Part shown: positions 23,091-36,949 of the stretch, piece after piece | How the letters are laid out: the number at the start of each line of letters is the position of its first letter | Numbering within the stretch: the first letter of the stretch is position 1 | Source of the DNA: Oikopleura dioica | Taxonomy: Eukaryota; Animalia; Chordata | Direction: 5' to 3' | Assembly: GCA_907165135.1 (NCBI GenBank) | Contig: OU015568.1 | Coordinates: forward strand, 3,844,001 to 3,908,000 | Length of the DNA stretch: 64,000 bases | Translations under genes and position numbers: made by a program | Notes under the pieces: generated by a model | Database searches by the model: none | The model's input: only the letters and a program-made list of their open reading frames with translations | Told to the model about the DNA's origin: nothing

Positions 23091-23523
23091 TTACGTAACT
23101 GCCCATCGGCAATTATAACTTTTTTTTTCAATTTTTCAGACCCTATTCTTGGTAGTTTGCCAGGGCAATTGCAAAGAAATGAACTTAAAAAGAATGCCAA
23201 TAGGCCACCAACAGCAAGGGCCTGAAAACTCAACACCTGTGGCACGTTTAAACGAGGTGCTACACTGTAGGCTGGCACACTTGCGACTCCTGTAGATCAA
23301 AACTGCCGGGAGAAAGCTGCGAGTGCGGGCTGCAAAGCTACCAAAAAAAGGCGTCACCAAATGGGTCACAACGATTTCGAAAACATATTATGCAACAATG
23401 CTCGGTAGAAATCGTGATGGAAATATTTGAAAATTTTGTTTATATTGTTTATAAAAAGCCGGGAAACAAGCGGTAACTCTAATGTCGATAATCAAGCCTG
23501 GCTTTCTGGATCCATTATAAATG

Positions 23524-23537
23524 CACGTGTCCACGTG
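23524..23537. promoter_or_regulatory. Tandem CACGTG E-boxes upstream of the DEC-like gene
   Basis: TGCACGTGTCCACGTGCA, 80 bp upstream of the ATG at 23618, directly after TATAAA. Confidence 0.55.
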
Positions 23538-23617
23538 CAATTTTGCGACCGAGTGTTGAACGGCGCCGGAATCGGTTTTGGTTTCACGCTATAATCGGTG
23601 ACGTTTGACGCCTCTAG

Positions 23618-26297
23618 ATGGTTGATAAGACGTCTTCAGACGTTCACTCCAGTTCACACTACATTCAATATTCTAGAGACGCAGGCAAGAAGCAAGAAGG
23701 GAGTTTGAAGAGCATGATTCGACCTTGGGAACAACCACTTTCAACGGCCAAAGAATTGAATCAGAGACAACATGAATTTCCCGCAGATTTGTCTGCTCAG
23801 TACTACAACCATCTTTTGAGCCAATACAATCAAGGTAAAAATTCAATTATGGATCTCCCCTGTATTCAAGTCAAAAAGTCGAGAAGGCACTTGCGGTTTC
23901 GAGTCAAAAAAATGGAAAAAAGCCGCGCTTCGAGTCAAATAAATAAGCCGCACGAAACGCGGCTTTTTTCTTCATTTTTGACTCGAAGCCGCTAGCGGCT
24001 TCTCGACTTTTCTGACTGAAGTTTTTTATGAACAAGATTTTGTAACAGTGCTTTTCCGAAAATAACAATTCTTTCTAGCGATGAGCTTATCTTCAGAACG
24101 GCGACAGAATGTAAAACAAATCCCCGATCAGCGGTAAGTGCGGCTGACAAAGCGCGCGAACCAAGTACTTTAGAACACGTTTTCACATCTTTTTCTGTTT
24201 AGAAATCCGAACACGATTCCGTCACCGATTCCAAGCAGTCAGCAGGTTCTTTCTGAGTCTGGAGAATTGACGAGAAAGAGAAAATTGGAAAGAGGGCATT
24301 TTGAAGTTCCACTGAAAATTGAGGTACATAAAAAAATCATTTTTACACAAAAATTATTTAAAATCAAAATTGATGCTAAATTGGTACTGAAGTTGAGTGA
24401 GAGTTAACCTGATTCGTTGCGCGGTAGGAGGATGAGATGCGCAATTTGGTCTTTAGAAAATCTTGCGCAAGACTGTCGGCTTATCTTCAAGATTCAAAAT
24501 ATCAATTCAATGACCTGTGATTTTTAATTTCTCACCAACCAGGATGAAGAGCGAAAGTACAAGTATAAGGATAAGATTAATTACTCAACTTTTGAATCAT
24601 AAAGAAAAATCTGAAAGAAACTTGATTAAAAGTCAGTTATGGTTTTTTGCCTTAATTATTTATTTAGGTCAACGCAAAGACCTACAACCCTGCACGAGAA
24701 GAATTCGACCAGATTAAGGTCCCCCACCGGCTTATCGAGAAGAAACGTCGTGATAGAATCAACAACTCGATTATCACTCTTCGAGATCTGCTTCCCCTCG
24801 GCGTCAAATCAGCGAGCGCGAAGCCTTTGGAGAAAGCAGTGGTGCTAGAAATGACGATCCAGTACATCAGAAATTTGAAACGAGCTTTGGTTCAAAAAGA
24901 AGGTTTGTAAAAAAACAGGAGGAGAATTCTGGAAATTAGAAAACCATCAATTCGTGAGGGATCATTCACTGCGCGGTTTTCTCATTGAATTATTGCGGAT
25001 AAATAAAGCATTGTTTAATATTTACTAAGACGGAAGCCCACGTACCTTCCCGCAAAAGTATAAAATCATGACCGACCTCATCCTACGTTTAGAAAAACAA
25101 AAGCTTCACTCAAGACCGGCTCGAGCAGTACCGGAACCTCCACTTTCGCAGTTTCAACAAGGGTATCAATCTGCTATTCGACACATGAACGAAATGAAGG
25201 GAACGAGCATTCAAGCTGAATTGAATCAAGTAAGCAAAAAATGGGGAAGCCCTTAATTTTTGAAATTAATTATTTTAATTAATAAAAAATTTAAAAATAT
25301 TTTTAGATTAATTAAAAAATTATTTAAAAATTATTTAAGAAAAATTTTAAATTAAAAAATTATTTAAGAAAAATTTTAAATTAAAAATTTATTTTCATTT
25401 AAACATAAATTTTGAATTTTAAATTTTAAATTTAAAAATAACCTTTCAATATAAAAAAATGCTTTTATCAACACTCCCTTATCAAGGCCGAAATCCCCAA
25501 GAACAAAAAAAACTGCACCAAAAACGTAATCATCAAAAATCGTTATCTAATCGAGGAACCAAAGAAAGCGCGGGATTTGCTGTTTATCGGTAGTTTTAGA
25601 AAGCGTCGGATTTGTAGTGCCAGATATGAAATGAACCTGCGCCTACTTTATCCAGAGTATTTTCAATATAAGCTATTCCAGGGCTAGAATTTTGCAATAC
25701 GGCAGAATTCAACTTGTTTTTACATGTTTACGACAATTTAAGTCGTCCATTTCTGGTGATACTTGGCAAATATAACTGGCACCTGTCATTTCTTTTCATA
25801 AGACATCGAGAAAGATATTACCCATTATTGATAGGGTTAGGGTTAGGACCCCGAAATGGCTAAATAAAGTATCCAGGTGGGCAACTAAAGGTCGCAAGGG
25901 GTCCACTAAGCCAATCATATCCCAGCATCGTTTGCGAAAGCCAATCAAAGACGAGATCATCCCAGGATGTTTCCAACCTTTTCGCCCGTTCTTATGATCA
26001 TATTTCTAGCGACTTTCTCCACAAATCGCCCATCCTCCAGGATCCCTCCCTCCTCTGCCCCGAGGCATGCTCCCAAATCCTTTCTCCTCCGCTCTACCAT
26101 CTCCTCCATTTCAAGCGATGCGACACCGTAGTTTCACCGATTCTGAATCCAGTGGCTACTTCACGGAAGAATTTCTAGAGGAGCCAATGGAGAATAATTT
26201 TGGACAGTCGAGCTTCATGCCGAATTTGAATCAAATGCGAAGAATGCTGGAAGAAAACGAAGATGCTTCTTCTGAAATTGATATTGATGTGTCTTAA
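23618..26297 (+). CDS. bHLH-Orange repressor, DEC1/DEC2 (BHLHE40/41)-like
   Basis: Exon at about 24669-24903 reads KVPHRLIEKKRRDRINNSIITLRDLLP...LEKAVVLEMTIQYIRNL; Orange-like FQQGYQSAIRHM; TDSESSGY resembles the DEC DTDTDSGY motif; no C-terminal WRPW. Confidence 0.8.
23871..24020. mobile_element. Palindromic MITE of the AAGCCGC/GCGGCTT family, in intron 1 of the DEC-like gene
   Basis: Outer inverted repeat AGTCAAAAAGTCGAGAAG...CTTCTCGACTTTTCTGACT with inner hairpins. Confidence 0.6.
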
Positions 26298-27099
26298 ATT
26301 ACTGTATATAATAAGAAAAGACTGTAGATAAAAACCGCTGCGTCATGAAATTCGAAAAAGAAGCAAATTAAAAAATTAAAGAAAAATGCAAGTGTCATCA
26401 GAAAGCGCGCGAAAAGTGCGTGAAGAGGGATCAACTCGAGAAGAAAATTGTCCGCTGATTATTTATCCGCGAAGCCAATTTAATCACTTCATGTTGTGAT
26501 TTGATACTCTCTCCTCTGCGAAAGACAGAAAAATGTGAAGGAGGAGATATGACTACAAAACGCACGAAAAAGGAACTTTTTCAGAAATTACTGAAGAAAC
26601 TTGTTCAGAAAAGAAGGGTAATTTGACCAGGAATAATTAAAAGGGTTAAATAAGGGTTCTCCAAGCTCAGCTCGAGTCAAGGAGCATCGACTGTTGTTGA
26701 TTTGCATCAATGATTGACAAATTCGAATGATCGAGATTCGTGGCGACGGATTAAAGTGTAGACGTGTCAATGCAAAGATTGATTAGTTCACATTTGGTTT
26801 TTGAGATAGAACGTCTTCGCGACCTCCGAATGACCTCAATCTGATTCGTTCGCGGTGGCCCAGCCCGCCGCAACAGTCGACAACATCATTTTATCTCTCT
26901 CTCTCTCTCTCTTCGAGCAAGTCTTAATAAAACAGGTATTAATTATCGGCCTCGTGATGTTTTCTATAAAAAACCACATACACTTCCTTTCTTCTAAAAA
27001 GGGGATTAAGAGAAAGAGATAAAAAAGAGGAGAGGAAAAATGGTAAAAAAAAACTTTTTGAATTTTGGCCCTCAATTTCGTGGTAGTCGTTATTTTCAG

Positions 27100-27231
27100 A
27101 TGGCCCACGAGCTGCATGATCACTCGGAACGAAGCGGTCAAACAGCTCTTCTCATCGCTCTTGGTGGTTCGGCAGTAGGCCTCGTTCTCCTGGAAAGGAT
27201 CCAAAACAAGAAACAAATAAGGGGCTCCGTT
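27100..27231 (+). CDS. Exon of an uncharacterised small membrane protein; further exons probably to about 29130
   Basis: TTTTCAG|ATG then MAHELHDHSERSGQTALLIALGGSAVGLVLLERIQNKK followed by a GT donor. Confidence 0.3.
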
Positions 27232-28120
27232 TTGAGCGTAAATACAAAAATTATGTTATTATCTTATTTTTCATGTTCCCCGAAACCGGCACCTAAGTCG
27301 AGTGTTTTTTTACTTCATTTTACTTCTTGTCTTCATTTTGCACAAAAAGGGTTTGATAGTTCTTATGGTCTGGTACTTTATCAAAATCGATTTGATGAAT
27401 AAATTCAAAGAGGTGAGTGGCTAATCTTGAATATCTTGAATCTTGGGTTACCAAGATAGATTGATGTCCTTACTGATAAGAGTAATTTTCAATTTCTTTC
27501 AAGAAACAACGAAAAGATAACGAAAAGAATAATTTTACCGAGAAGAAGTTGCCTGGCAAAGAGATTTCATCGTCCAAAATTTCTTGAATTGGGCAGATTC
27601 TGAAAAAAAAACTCTTCTGTAAATAAAATTTTTCTTTATTATGAATGAAAAGAACAGTGATGAAAAATCGTGTTTAGGACGTTTTCTTGGAGGCAAGAAA
27701 ATTTCGTAAAATAGATTTGTTGATCCCCTTTTGTTGATGTTTCATTGAGCTTCAAGCAAACTGCCCCACGTCAGTTCTCATTTTGCTGTTTGGAGAAAAA
27801 CCACCTTGTGTTTACCACTCACTCCTCCAAAACTTAAAGTTGTTATATTTTCAAAACGAAAACAATAAAAAAGAATAGGCTTCAAAACTCTCATTTTTCC
27901 ATCAAACAAGAGAACTTCCGGAAAAAAGGGGGAAGAAACAAAGAAGCACTTGGATGAAATTAAGCATTATCTCATTTTTCACTTTAGTTCAAAATATCGG
28001 CAGGTCAGTTGTTTCGAAGAATAATTTCTTAAGGGTATATTCCAGGAATCGTGGATGCAGGAAAACTGCCAGTAAGGGATCAACGGTGGATTCAAATATT
28101 ACTTGGTAAGAAAATCGGGT

Positions 28121-28276
28121 CAGTACTGAAAATGTCACGAATGTCACGAATGTCACGAAAGTCACAAATGTCACGATTCTGCTGAAAATGTCACGAAAAA
28201 GAAACATGTTTTCGTGACACTCGTGACATTCGTGACATTCGTGACTTTCGTGACATTCGTGACATTTTCAGCACTG
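28121..28276. mobile_element. Foldback MITE built from 9-bp AATGTCACG units
   Basis: CAGTACTGAAAATGTCACGA...TCGTGACATTTTCAGCACTG; inverted tandem arrays; no TSD seen. Confidence 0.8.
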
Positions 28277-29548
28277 TCTAAAAATCGTTAATTGTGACAT
28301 TATTGTTATGTTAAGAAATCGCGAAGGAATCGAAAACTTCTAAACAAAAGCAAGTGGAAGCCGCAGAAAAGAAGGTCTTCCCGGCCGACGAGACGGAACT
28401 GAGTGAGAACGGCGATGAAGGTTCCGGCGATGCGGAAACTAGATAAGGGGTTGATAACATTACAAATTCATGGCCACAGGAAGTGGGCTTCGAGAATAAG
28501 TAGTATGGTAGTTTCGCCGAAATAACGATGATTACAACCCAGAAAGTACTATAAACATTTCCACGGCGTTGAAAGCCGCAGCGAGCAACGATCCAACGTA
28601 TCGATACTTCCGCCGTGATATTTTCAGCGATAATCTTGCTTATGGGCAAAGGTTCTTTTCTGATCAATATTTCCCTCAGACCCTTCCTAAGGGAACTTAG
28701 TTCAATCGAGGACCTTATTAACAGAATATATTACAACACGCGAGGATAAACCAAGAAAAAAGCGAGGCTTCATCAAAAATGAACGACTGTCGTTTTTAGA
28801 CCTGGAATAAAAAGACGATAATGATAATGTCACTCGAATGTCAAATATCCAATAAAAAAGCGGATTTATTAATCAGTTCCTAATACCTCGGATACCTGAT
28901 TTAAGGCACACTTTTTGGTGACGCATTTTTCGTAAAATGTGCCTTAAATTGGAATTGGGTGGTTGACAGTATAAAAATCGAATTTTATGCAAAATTTTGC
29001 TTTTCTGCGTGAAGCCTCTAGACGATGTTTTTCCTTATTGCTTATTGCTCTAGTCGAAAAAGATCAAGAAGAAGATGAATTTATTGAGCAGTTCGACGAT
29101 CTTCACCTTGAAGACGAAGACATTCTTTTATAAATTACATGCAGCCTTCTATAAGATCATTTTTCACTAAAAAATGACTTGAAATTTTCGCGAAAATAAA
29201 ATTTATTACTGAAAAATGTGCCTTAAATTAGACTTGGCAGGTTGCAGGATTTCCGAGAATATCCGAGGTAGCAAGAAGAATGAAAGAAGATTTGAAAGAA
29301 GAAAAACTCCATTGGCTGTATAAATGTATTTAACGATCTTTGGAACTTTTACAATGAACGGTGGAACGCACTGATTTTCGGCTATTTTGAAAATATTTCG
29401 GCCGGAGGAAATCTTAATGCACGGGGCGCGCCTCTTCGCCCGGAAATGATGAACTGTTGGGGGGAGAAGTCCACATTTGCTCCACATTTTCGTCCGATTC
29501 TTTTTAACAAGATCAAAAAAAATTTTTTTCACGATTTTGTGCTCGTGT

Positions 29549-29776
29549 CTAATTGGGATCTTTTCCTGAGGAGTTGCTCGTAGCCACAATGATTCCACTT
29601 GCTATCAAGCAAGAAAACAAAAGAAGAAACAGCAAAATCATGGTATAAAAAGCAGTACATCTTATCGACATCCTCTGCTGCAGTTTTTTCAGCGCGGAAT
29701 ATTTTCTTTTCGGCGGCTGGGGAAATTCATTGAGGCTGTTCGTAGAACCAGGGTAGGCCCTATCGATAGAGTCCAT
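29549..29776 (-). CDS. Exon with a single transmembrane segment, uncharacterised gene
   Basis: KRKYSALKKLQQR followed by FYTMILLFLLLFSCLIASGIIVA, a type II membrane topology pattern. Confidence 0.35.
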   Translation of the reverse strand: MDSIDRAYPGSTNSLNEFPQPPKRKYSALKKLQQRMSIRCTAFYTMILLFLLLFSCLIASGIIVATSNSSGKDPN

Positions 29777-32018
29777 TTGCTAAAAAGTTTTGGAGAAATA
29801 TAAAAGAGGAAAAAATGATGATTACCCGAACAAGCGAATCTGACAGTCTTAGTGTTTCTTCGATAAGAGTTCCTTTTCTCTCCCAAATCAGAGGCAACCT
29901 CGTATATTCTTTGGTAAACAAGGATAAAATTAGTGAAAAATATGGCAATCTTACTGTTATTTGACCCTTGAAGACTGGATTGATTGGTAGTAGCTGTTTC
30001 TGTTGTCGAAAAAGTCGCTTTTGAGCTCTTTTCTTGTTTTTGGTTCAGAGAAAGAGAATGAGAATGAGAAGAGAATGACTTGTCTACAATCAAAATTGCT
30101 GCTGAGCTTTCCTGAATCAGTTGACGACCCTTGTTGCTTCTCTAAGTCGCCACCAATAAAGCTTCAGAAAAATAAACAATGAGTTAATTTTGTTTCACGA
30201 TTAGCTACGATTTGCTACAGGGAGAGGTTAATTCTGGGTTAATTAATGAAAAAGAGGTCTCGTGGACAACTCTCATACATCTCCTTTTTCCCAAGGGGCA
30301 ATGCTATCAGAATAACTCAGAAAAGAGGAGGGTAACAAAAGGGCTGACAAATATAAAAAACCCTGGACCAGAAAGGTTGGGAGCGTAATTCTGTTTATTG
30401 CCCACTTAGTTGTTATTCTGTTAAATTGGATTTCAACGTGATTCTCAAAGCGCTTTACCGAGTGTTTGCGGTTTTGCTTAGTCTGAGAAGTATTTTTCGT
30501 CGAAGCTTTTTTTGTCAGAAAACCGTTTTTCTCGAAAATACAGTAAGAAAAAAAAAGCACGGTTTCAATTGACCATGTCAACATTTGCCTCTATTTTAAG
30601 CCTTTTTACCCAAAACTGCTTTGTTAAGACAAGGTTCCTCTTGTCTTGATTTCTTTTATTATTTCATGAAACAGCAAGTTTCGAATCATTTATTTCTGAG
30701 TAAACTCGAACCGTCCAAAAAGCAGACAAATGAAAAGCGGATGCCCTTCTAGCTAACCCTTGTTGATTTTCCCCAACAAACAACTTTGTAATTCTGAGCT
30801 CATCTTTTTCTCCTCTCCCCCTCCACCATGTTTACCCAACATCAAATCGGAGAAACGTTTGTTCGCGGTAATTCGCGACAAAAAACTACCACCCTTTTAT
30901 GATTTGACAAAACAAATCCCGGTCGCGGAGGGCACCAATTTTGTGTCCTGTTAGATTTTGCGCCCGAGCTTTGTTTTCAAATTACATCAATTTTTTTTTA
31001 AGTTACGTAAATTGAATTTTTTCTTGTTTCTTTTCAAAACAGAAAAAATCCAATCAATATTCAAAAGAAAAAATTGTCTGAAAAACGATTTTTTCACAGA
31101 AAATATTAAAGCCAATTTGAGGGCTAGGGTTAGGATTAGGGTAAGGATAATAAAATTGTTCATTTTCCTGATATCATCAAATTCCAACGATCTTTGAACA
31201 GCTCCTTCAGTCGGAAGAGGTCCAAAAATTGGCTCATTCAAGGTACCAGCTTTTTCTTCATCTTGATGTTGATTTTCTTCCATTTTTTCGAAGAAAATTC
31301 TTCTTCAAACGATAGTCGAAATTTTTTCTCGCCGGATAATCCCTCTTTTTTCAACGCTGGTAAGTTTAAAATTGATTTTTTTTCTCGACGTTTTATTTTT
31401 CAATCTGATCAGGGTTTTCCTGACATCTATTAGTGCGCCTGTTAATATGGTAACGATAGGGAACCATAGCTCGATCTTCGGACCCAGGTGTCGAGAAGCC
31501 AATCACTGCCAAGTTTTCAACTTTAAGGGTACAGAAGATGGGTATTGAGAAAACTGCTTGTCAACACTATTCGCGCAAAGTTTTAGCACGTGTCTTCTGA
31601 GAGGAAAAGAGCTCAGCAATGAAGATGAAAGTTGAAGTTCAGATAAAAGTAGTTCAGAAAATAGTACTTCTAAGTATTAATTTTCATGTAGCCATCTGGA
31701 GTGATTTTGGTTGACCGCAGGTATCGCTCGATCAGCGTTGCTGAGCGCGCGGATAACGCTCATTATAGGGCTCAAATTGTCAGATAGCCACTTTTAACTC
31801 GCACTGACCTTGCTCAGCTTTCATTCTTTCACGACGCTTTTTAGCATGATCGATGAGCAAGAATGAGGTCGAAAAATAAGCTCCCTGGCTATCATTTTCG
31901 AGTTCTAGTTAGACCTTGTTTACTCAAATAAAAATAACACTGTGATACCCTTAAGAACTGTTTCTGCTTTAAGGGGGTAGGTATCAAGAATTGGATTTCC
32001 TGTCAGTGTTTTCTCAAA

Positions 32019-32181
32019 TTAACATAGTGACCCCCTTATTTTTTCTACTCAAAAATTTTTGGAGGCAATTAATACTTGCCAATTATCTATTTTTTTTGAA
32101 ATTCGAAATTTCAGTTTCCATAGGAAATAAAGAAAGGTTTAAAGTTTTTGTTTCCAAAGTAAAATAAGGGTGTTACTGTTA
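32019..32181. mobile_element. About 170-bp MITE family (TTAACA..CCCTTA ends); also at 33750-33927 and one end at 17663
   Basis: Imperfect inverted ends TAACATAGTGACCCCCTTATT / AATAAGGGTGTTACTGTTA. Confidence 0.45.
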
Positions 32182-35100
32182 TAACTTTGGAAGAAAAGTC
32201 TGACAGAAAATCCCAATTCTTGATATCTACCTCCTTTAGATCGGTAGTGACCGTAACTGCTCAAACATGAAGTTTCTTTCGAATTATAAAAATAAAGAAA
32301 GACGTCTGATACCAAGAATAAAAGGTGCCCTGTTGAGGAGTGTACGTTCTGGCTACCAAAAATATGTAATGACATGTTCTATAAGGCGATTTACAACGTA
32401 GCTATTTTGACGAAAACAGTTAAAAACTGTGAAGCGATTACAATTTCTCCGGTTCAACGAAGCTGAGGTTGCTTCCCATCACATTTGATAAACTCGTTTA
32501 TGATTTTGAGCGACTTAAGCAGTTTGATGTTTCCGGAATGATTTTAATCATTTTGATCCAAGGATTATAAAATAGGAACGTTTTTTTTTCATCGATTTTC
32601 GGAAATTTCGATTGAGTCTTTGAAAAAATGGAAATTCAAAATTGCGAAAGGAAAGAAAAATCAGCAGGTAGTATAATGGGCGTTTTTAAAAACTTGATCA
32701 GTGTGCTCTTACACCGAAAATTTGAAAGCCATAATTATTAAAACCGCTTTCTATTACTTATTTTTTGCTGAAGCCTTTTAAATTGGGCCTATCTATGTAT
32801 CATTTTCAAGGACTATATGTAAGTCTCCTTCAACTTCGATTTTCTCAGAAAAAAATGAGAAAAATCTCACCGATTCGAATTTCTAATTGGCAGATAAAAA
32901 AGCACCCGACACGGCGAGACATATGTTCTGAGGGCGATAAACGAGTCTTCTGTTTCATAATTAAGCGATTTATTATTGACACTAACTTTCCGACACGTCC
33001 TCAGGAGTCTTGCTGTTTCCGCTACATCGTTATTACCAAACTTACCAAGTTGTACCGTTCTGTTCTTGAAAAGAAACAGGTCAAGAAATCGATGTTCAAA
33101 AACAAGCACATTTTCGATTCTATACCAAAAAGTATGGAAACACCATTTTTTGCCCAGCGCCCCAATCGACCAAGATCGCCAATAATATGTCAGCACTTAT
33201 CCCATCGATTTTACGAACTGGTTCTTCCGCGCCCAGTGCTCCCCTCTTCTCTACCTCAGCCCCAGGCAAATGTGCCCTAGCCAGACTGCCCGAGGCAGAG
33301 AGAAAAGAGGGGACAAAGAAAATTTTGAAGGGAATCTTGAACATTGGGATCGGTTGCTTTCAAACGCTGAAAGATGCGGTTTTGATAAGAACCGACTCCA
33401 TAGTTGAAGATTTCTCAAAATCGACGAGTTAACTAGATCAATTTACCATAAATAAAATCAATCAAACAAACAATAGTTCCATAATCTTGGGCGCGGCCCC
33501 CGAAAACTGCCCGCTAAGCTTGCGGGAAAAGATGAACTTCAAAGAAAGCTGCGGAATTTAATAATACTCCTGTTGCGGTCCGTAAAGTAAGTTGAACATC
33601 CGGTTAACCCAAAATCTGCTCAAATGACTTCTCTCACACACAAAGGTGATCGAATTTGTTATCGGCGTTCTCAGACCGACTGCGGAAGAGTCTGAAAGTA
33701 GGAGATAGAAATGAAAATTTGTATGGTGTGGAAAAATTTTATCAAAGAATTAACATTGCCACACCCTTATTTTATTAATTTTTGGAGTTTTTTCTTTGAA
33801 ATGCTTCTAAAATTGAATAAGATAACAAAAAATTTGATAATTTTTTTGACTCAAATTTTTGCTAAAGCTATTATTTTGATGATAAGCTTTTCATCAATTG
33901 ATGAAATTAAGGGTATCACTTTGTTAATTTTGGTAGAAAAGCACTTGGCTCACTTGAAATGAACTTCTATTCTCCAGGATGCTTCTTATTGACATAGATG
34001 CTCGAAATTAGCATTCTAGTTCTCGCGATTCGCATAGTTTTAAAACCGGGCGAGTATATATTCATCCACTGATAGAGCCGGTCCTTGGTAAAAGATTATG
34101 TTAAAAAGGTGTTTTACATATTTCATCCAAGTAGATATGCAAACGATTTCATTGAATCCCCGAGTTTTCAGTCTAAATAAAAGGCTTGTTGGTGTTTTGT
34201 TTTGTTCTCACTGCACGTTTATTTTATAATTTTTTTATCAAAAGAATTCAAGAAGCAAAAAGAAAATCTAAATTGAGGACCATAAAGCTTCGTCTTTTTG
34301 CAGAGATTTGGATTTTTTAACTAAGAAAATATTGAGCTTACTATTTTAGCTGAGTTTAACACCAACGTGATAGGATAAATAATTCTTATAAGAATATATA
34401 TATTCATTATATAAATATAATGAATATAATTGTAAATACAATCGACACTTGTGCATAAATGCAAATGCATTTGCAATTGCAACTTCAAAGAAAAAAACTG
34501 AAAAAAAAAATAACTTCGAGATTTGAGACGCCCATTTTGTGGCATTTTAAACATCTTTGTCTGATCCTAAAATGCGGCGTAAATTACCGACCAAATGAGA
34601 AAAAAGAAGCTGACTCAGCAATTCTGTAACGTGATAAGCAACAGTCGGTTATATTAAAATAATGACTGTGAAATTTTAGTGGAGTGCAAGTTTTACCGGA
34701 ACAAGCTCAACGGTCTTTTGAGAAAACAAAAATGAACCTCGGTTTAAAAAAAATGAAGTCATTTATTATGAAATGATTTGAAGAATTTTCATTAAAAAAG
34801 AAGAAAATTGTATTCAATTCACGTTAATAATCAAATTTTGCAGAAAGATTTTCTCAGTTCTCTAGCTCCATTTTGCGCGTGAAAAAAGTAACTCAGGTGG
34901 CGCTCGCACGATCCGCGCCGCCGCGCATTCCGACGCAAATTGCTCGAGCTGAGAGAAAAAAATACTAAAAGTACCTTGCTTGAAGTAAATAATCGCTTGC
35001 TTACTGCTTTTCTACCAGTAAATTTTTCAAACAAACTCGAGAGCATAGAAGACATAGAAGAGAAATAAACGATGCTTTGTTTTAACCAGAAGTTTTGTTT

Positions 35101-35949
35101 TCCCTGCTGCAAGGAAGAAGAAGACTTAGGTAATAACCTATGATGATTTTAACCCTTTCTGGCAAAAGGGCCTTTTAAGAGAATCACGTGATCTTATTTC
35201 TTATGAATTTTCTTCAGAAATGAAGAGTTGAAAAAAATTTTGAAAAAAAAAAAATTTTTTTTCAATAAAAAAAAACTGAAAAACAGCATTTTAGACAATT
35301 TCTTTAACAAAACCAGAAGTCTGTCTTTTTTAACAAAAGTGTAATTAAAATTTTTGATCCCGAAAAATGTCAAGAGAAGAATTGTGGTCAATAATAAATG
35401 ATCCTTCCATTTTTTAAAGACTTAAAAATTTTGCTGAATTTCGAACATTGATTTTTGAAGTTTATTTTCGTCCGATAATCCCGTTTCGTTGAGCCGTCTG
35501 ATTTGTACTCCTGCTGCGGTTTCGTTATTATTTGCTCAGGACGCGATTTGCGTCTTCTTCTCGTTTTCCAAGTCCTTTCGATTTCGAGCCGTCTTCCCTC
35601 TCCTTGCGTAATCAGAGGAAAAAAGTGCCGACTTTTTTAATCAAAAAGTGGCCTTGATTGAGACAAACGTGAATTACCAAAAACTTTATCTAGTTAAGCC
35701 GCGAAGTAGACTTAGCTGCTCGAAAGGTTTCGCGAAGGCCGGTCATCTTTAGCCTGGATTACGAGTACTCTTTCTTTCGCTAAGTGGGTTTTAACTTATA
35801 ATTATCAAAACGTGCCGCAAATTTGACAAGTAACATGTTTTTTGAATGACAGTAGATATAAACAATGTTTATGATATAAGCGGCTAATTATGTTCCTTTG
35901 AAACTATTTATATGAATAATTTTATATATTTATTATTAACATACTAAAA

Positions 35950-36160
35950 AAATTCTATTAAAAATCGTCATTTTTGAAAAATCGTCAGGAACCGACAAAA
36001 AAAATTCGATAAATTTTGCGTGGGCGGCTACTCGGCTGCTGATTCGCCGGTCAGCGGAATCAAGGCCTTTGATTGGTTTAAAATTTCCAAGCAAAATTTG
36101 TCGAAATTTTTTGTCGGTTCCTGACGATTTTTCAAAAATGACGATTTTTTAATAGAATTT
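35950..36160. mobile_element. MITE with about 50-bp near-perfect TIRs around the core also found at 19865-20004
   Basis: AAATTCTATTAAAAATCGTCATTTTTGAAAAATCGTCAGGAACCGACAAAAAA is mirrored at 36107-36160; shared interior GGGCGGCTACTCGGCTGCTGATT. Confidence 0.85.
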
Positions 36161-36187
36161 GAAAAAATGAGCCCCTCTTTTTATTTT

Positions 36188-36949
36188 TTATTGAATAAAT
36201 GTAGATTCAGTAACTCGCCTTCCATCATCATCTTCCTTATTTTTTGATAAATATAAGAAGTTCAAATAGCCAGGCTTAAAAAATCTAACAAGAAAAGCTC
36301 CGAAAATTGAGCTCAAAATCAGATACAGATTGAGCGTCATCATCACGAGCATATTTGTCTGCGAGACAAGTTTGAGAAATGAATAGACGCAGGAGAGCCA
36401 GATATATCGGTGATTGTAGGATATGAAGGAAAATTGTCGGATTTGTTTTGGCGCCATTTGTTGAACTGATGGTCGGCGTTTTCCAAGAGCATAGCTTCTG
36501 ATTAGCTCTAGAATGAATTTTTGTAATCATGGCTTTTTGAATATGTCTGGTCGACAAATTGGAAATTCGTGTTTATTTTCTGCTTTTAAATAAAGCTAGA
36601 GCCTGACGCAACCGTTAATTACTTTTACAAAGAATGTGTTGAACAAATTTTTTAATTCGAAAATATGCACCTTGTTCTTGTTTGAAGCACCACTCAGCGA
36701 GAAGTTCATTGAACAAGGACAGAATTGCCACGCCAAGACAGCTAAGAGAGAGCGACGTCCAATTTTGGATGTAGATTTGTTTCAACAAAAGGTGAAATTT
36801 GTCCGGGCCTGTCCAGAGGAACTCGTTTGATCCTTAATTATATAATATTATATAATATAATATAATATAATATATTATAAAAAATTCTTTTTTTGAAACT
36901 TACTTCTGGGACCGATTATGTCAAAATCGAAGTCGAAGTTCTCCCACAT
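36188..36949 (-). CDS. CTR-family (SLC31A) copper transporter, divergent
   Basis: LLLKQIYIQNWTSLSLSCLGVAILSLFNELL fits TM1; TNMLVMMTLNLYLILSSIFGAF has the TM2 MxxxM motif followed by TM3; three exons join in phase. Confidence 0.6.

Noticed and set aside
28121-28276. CRISPR-like appearance of short repeat arrays (also 1809-1980 and 20530-20640)
   Set aside because: The repeats are contiguous and inverted, with no unique spacers and no cas genes, in a eukaryotic context.
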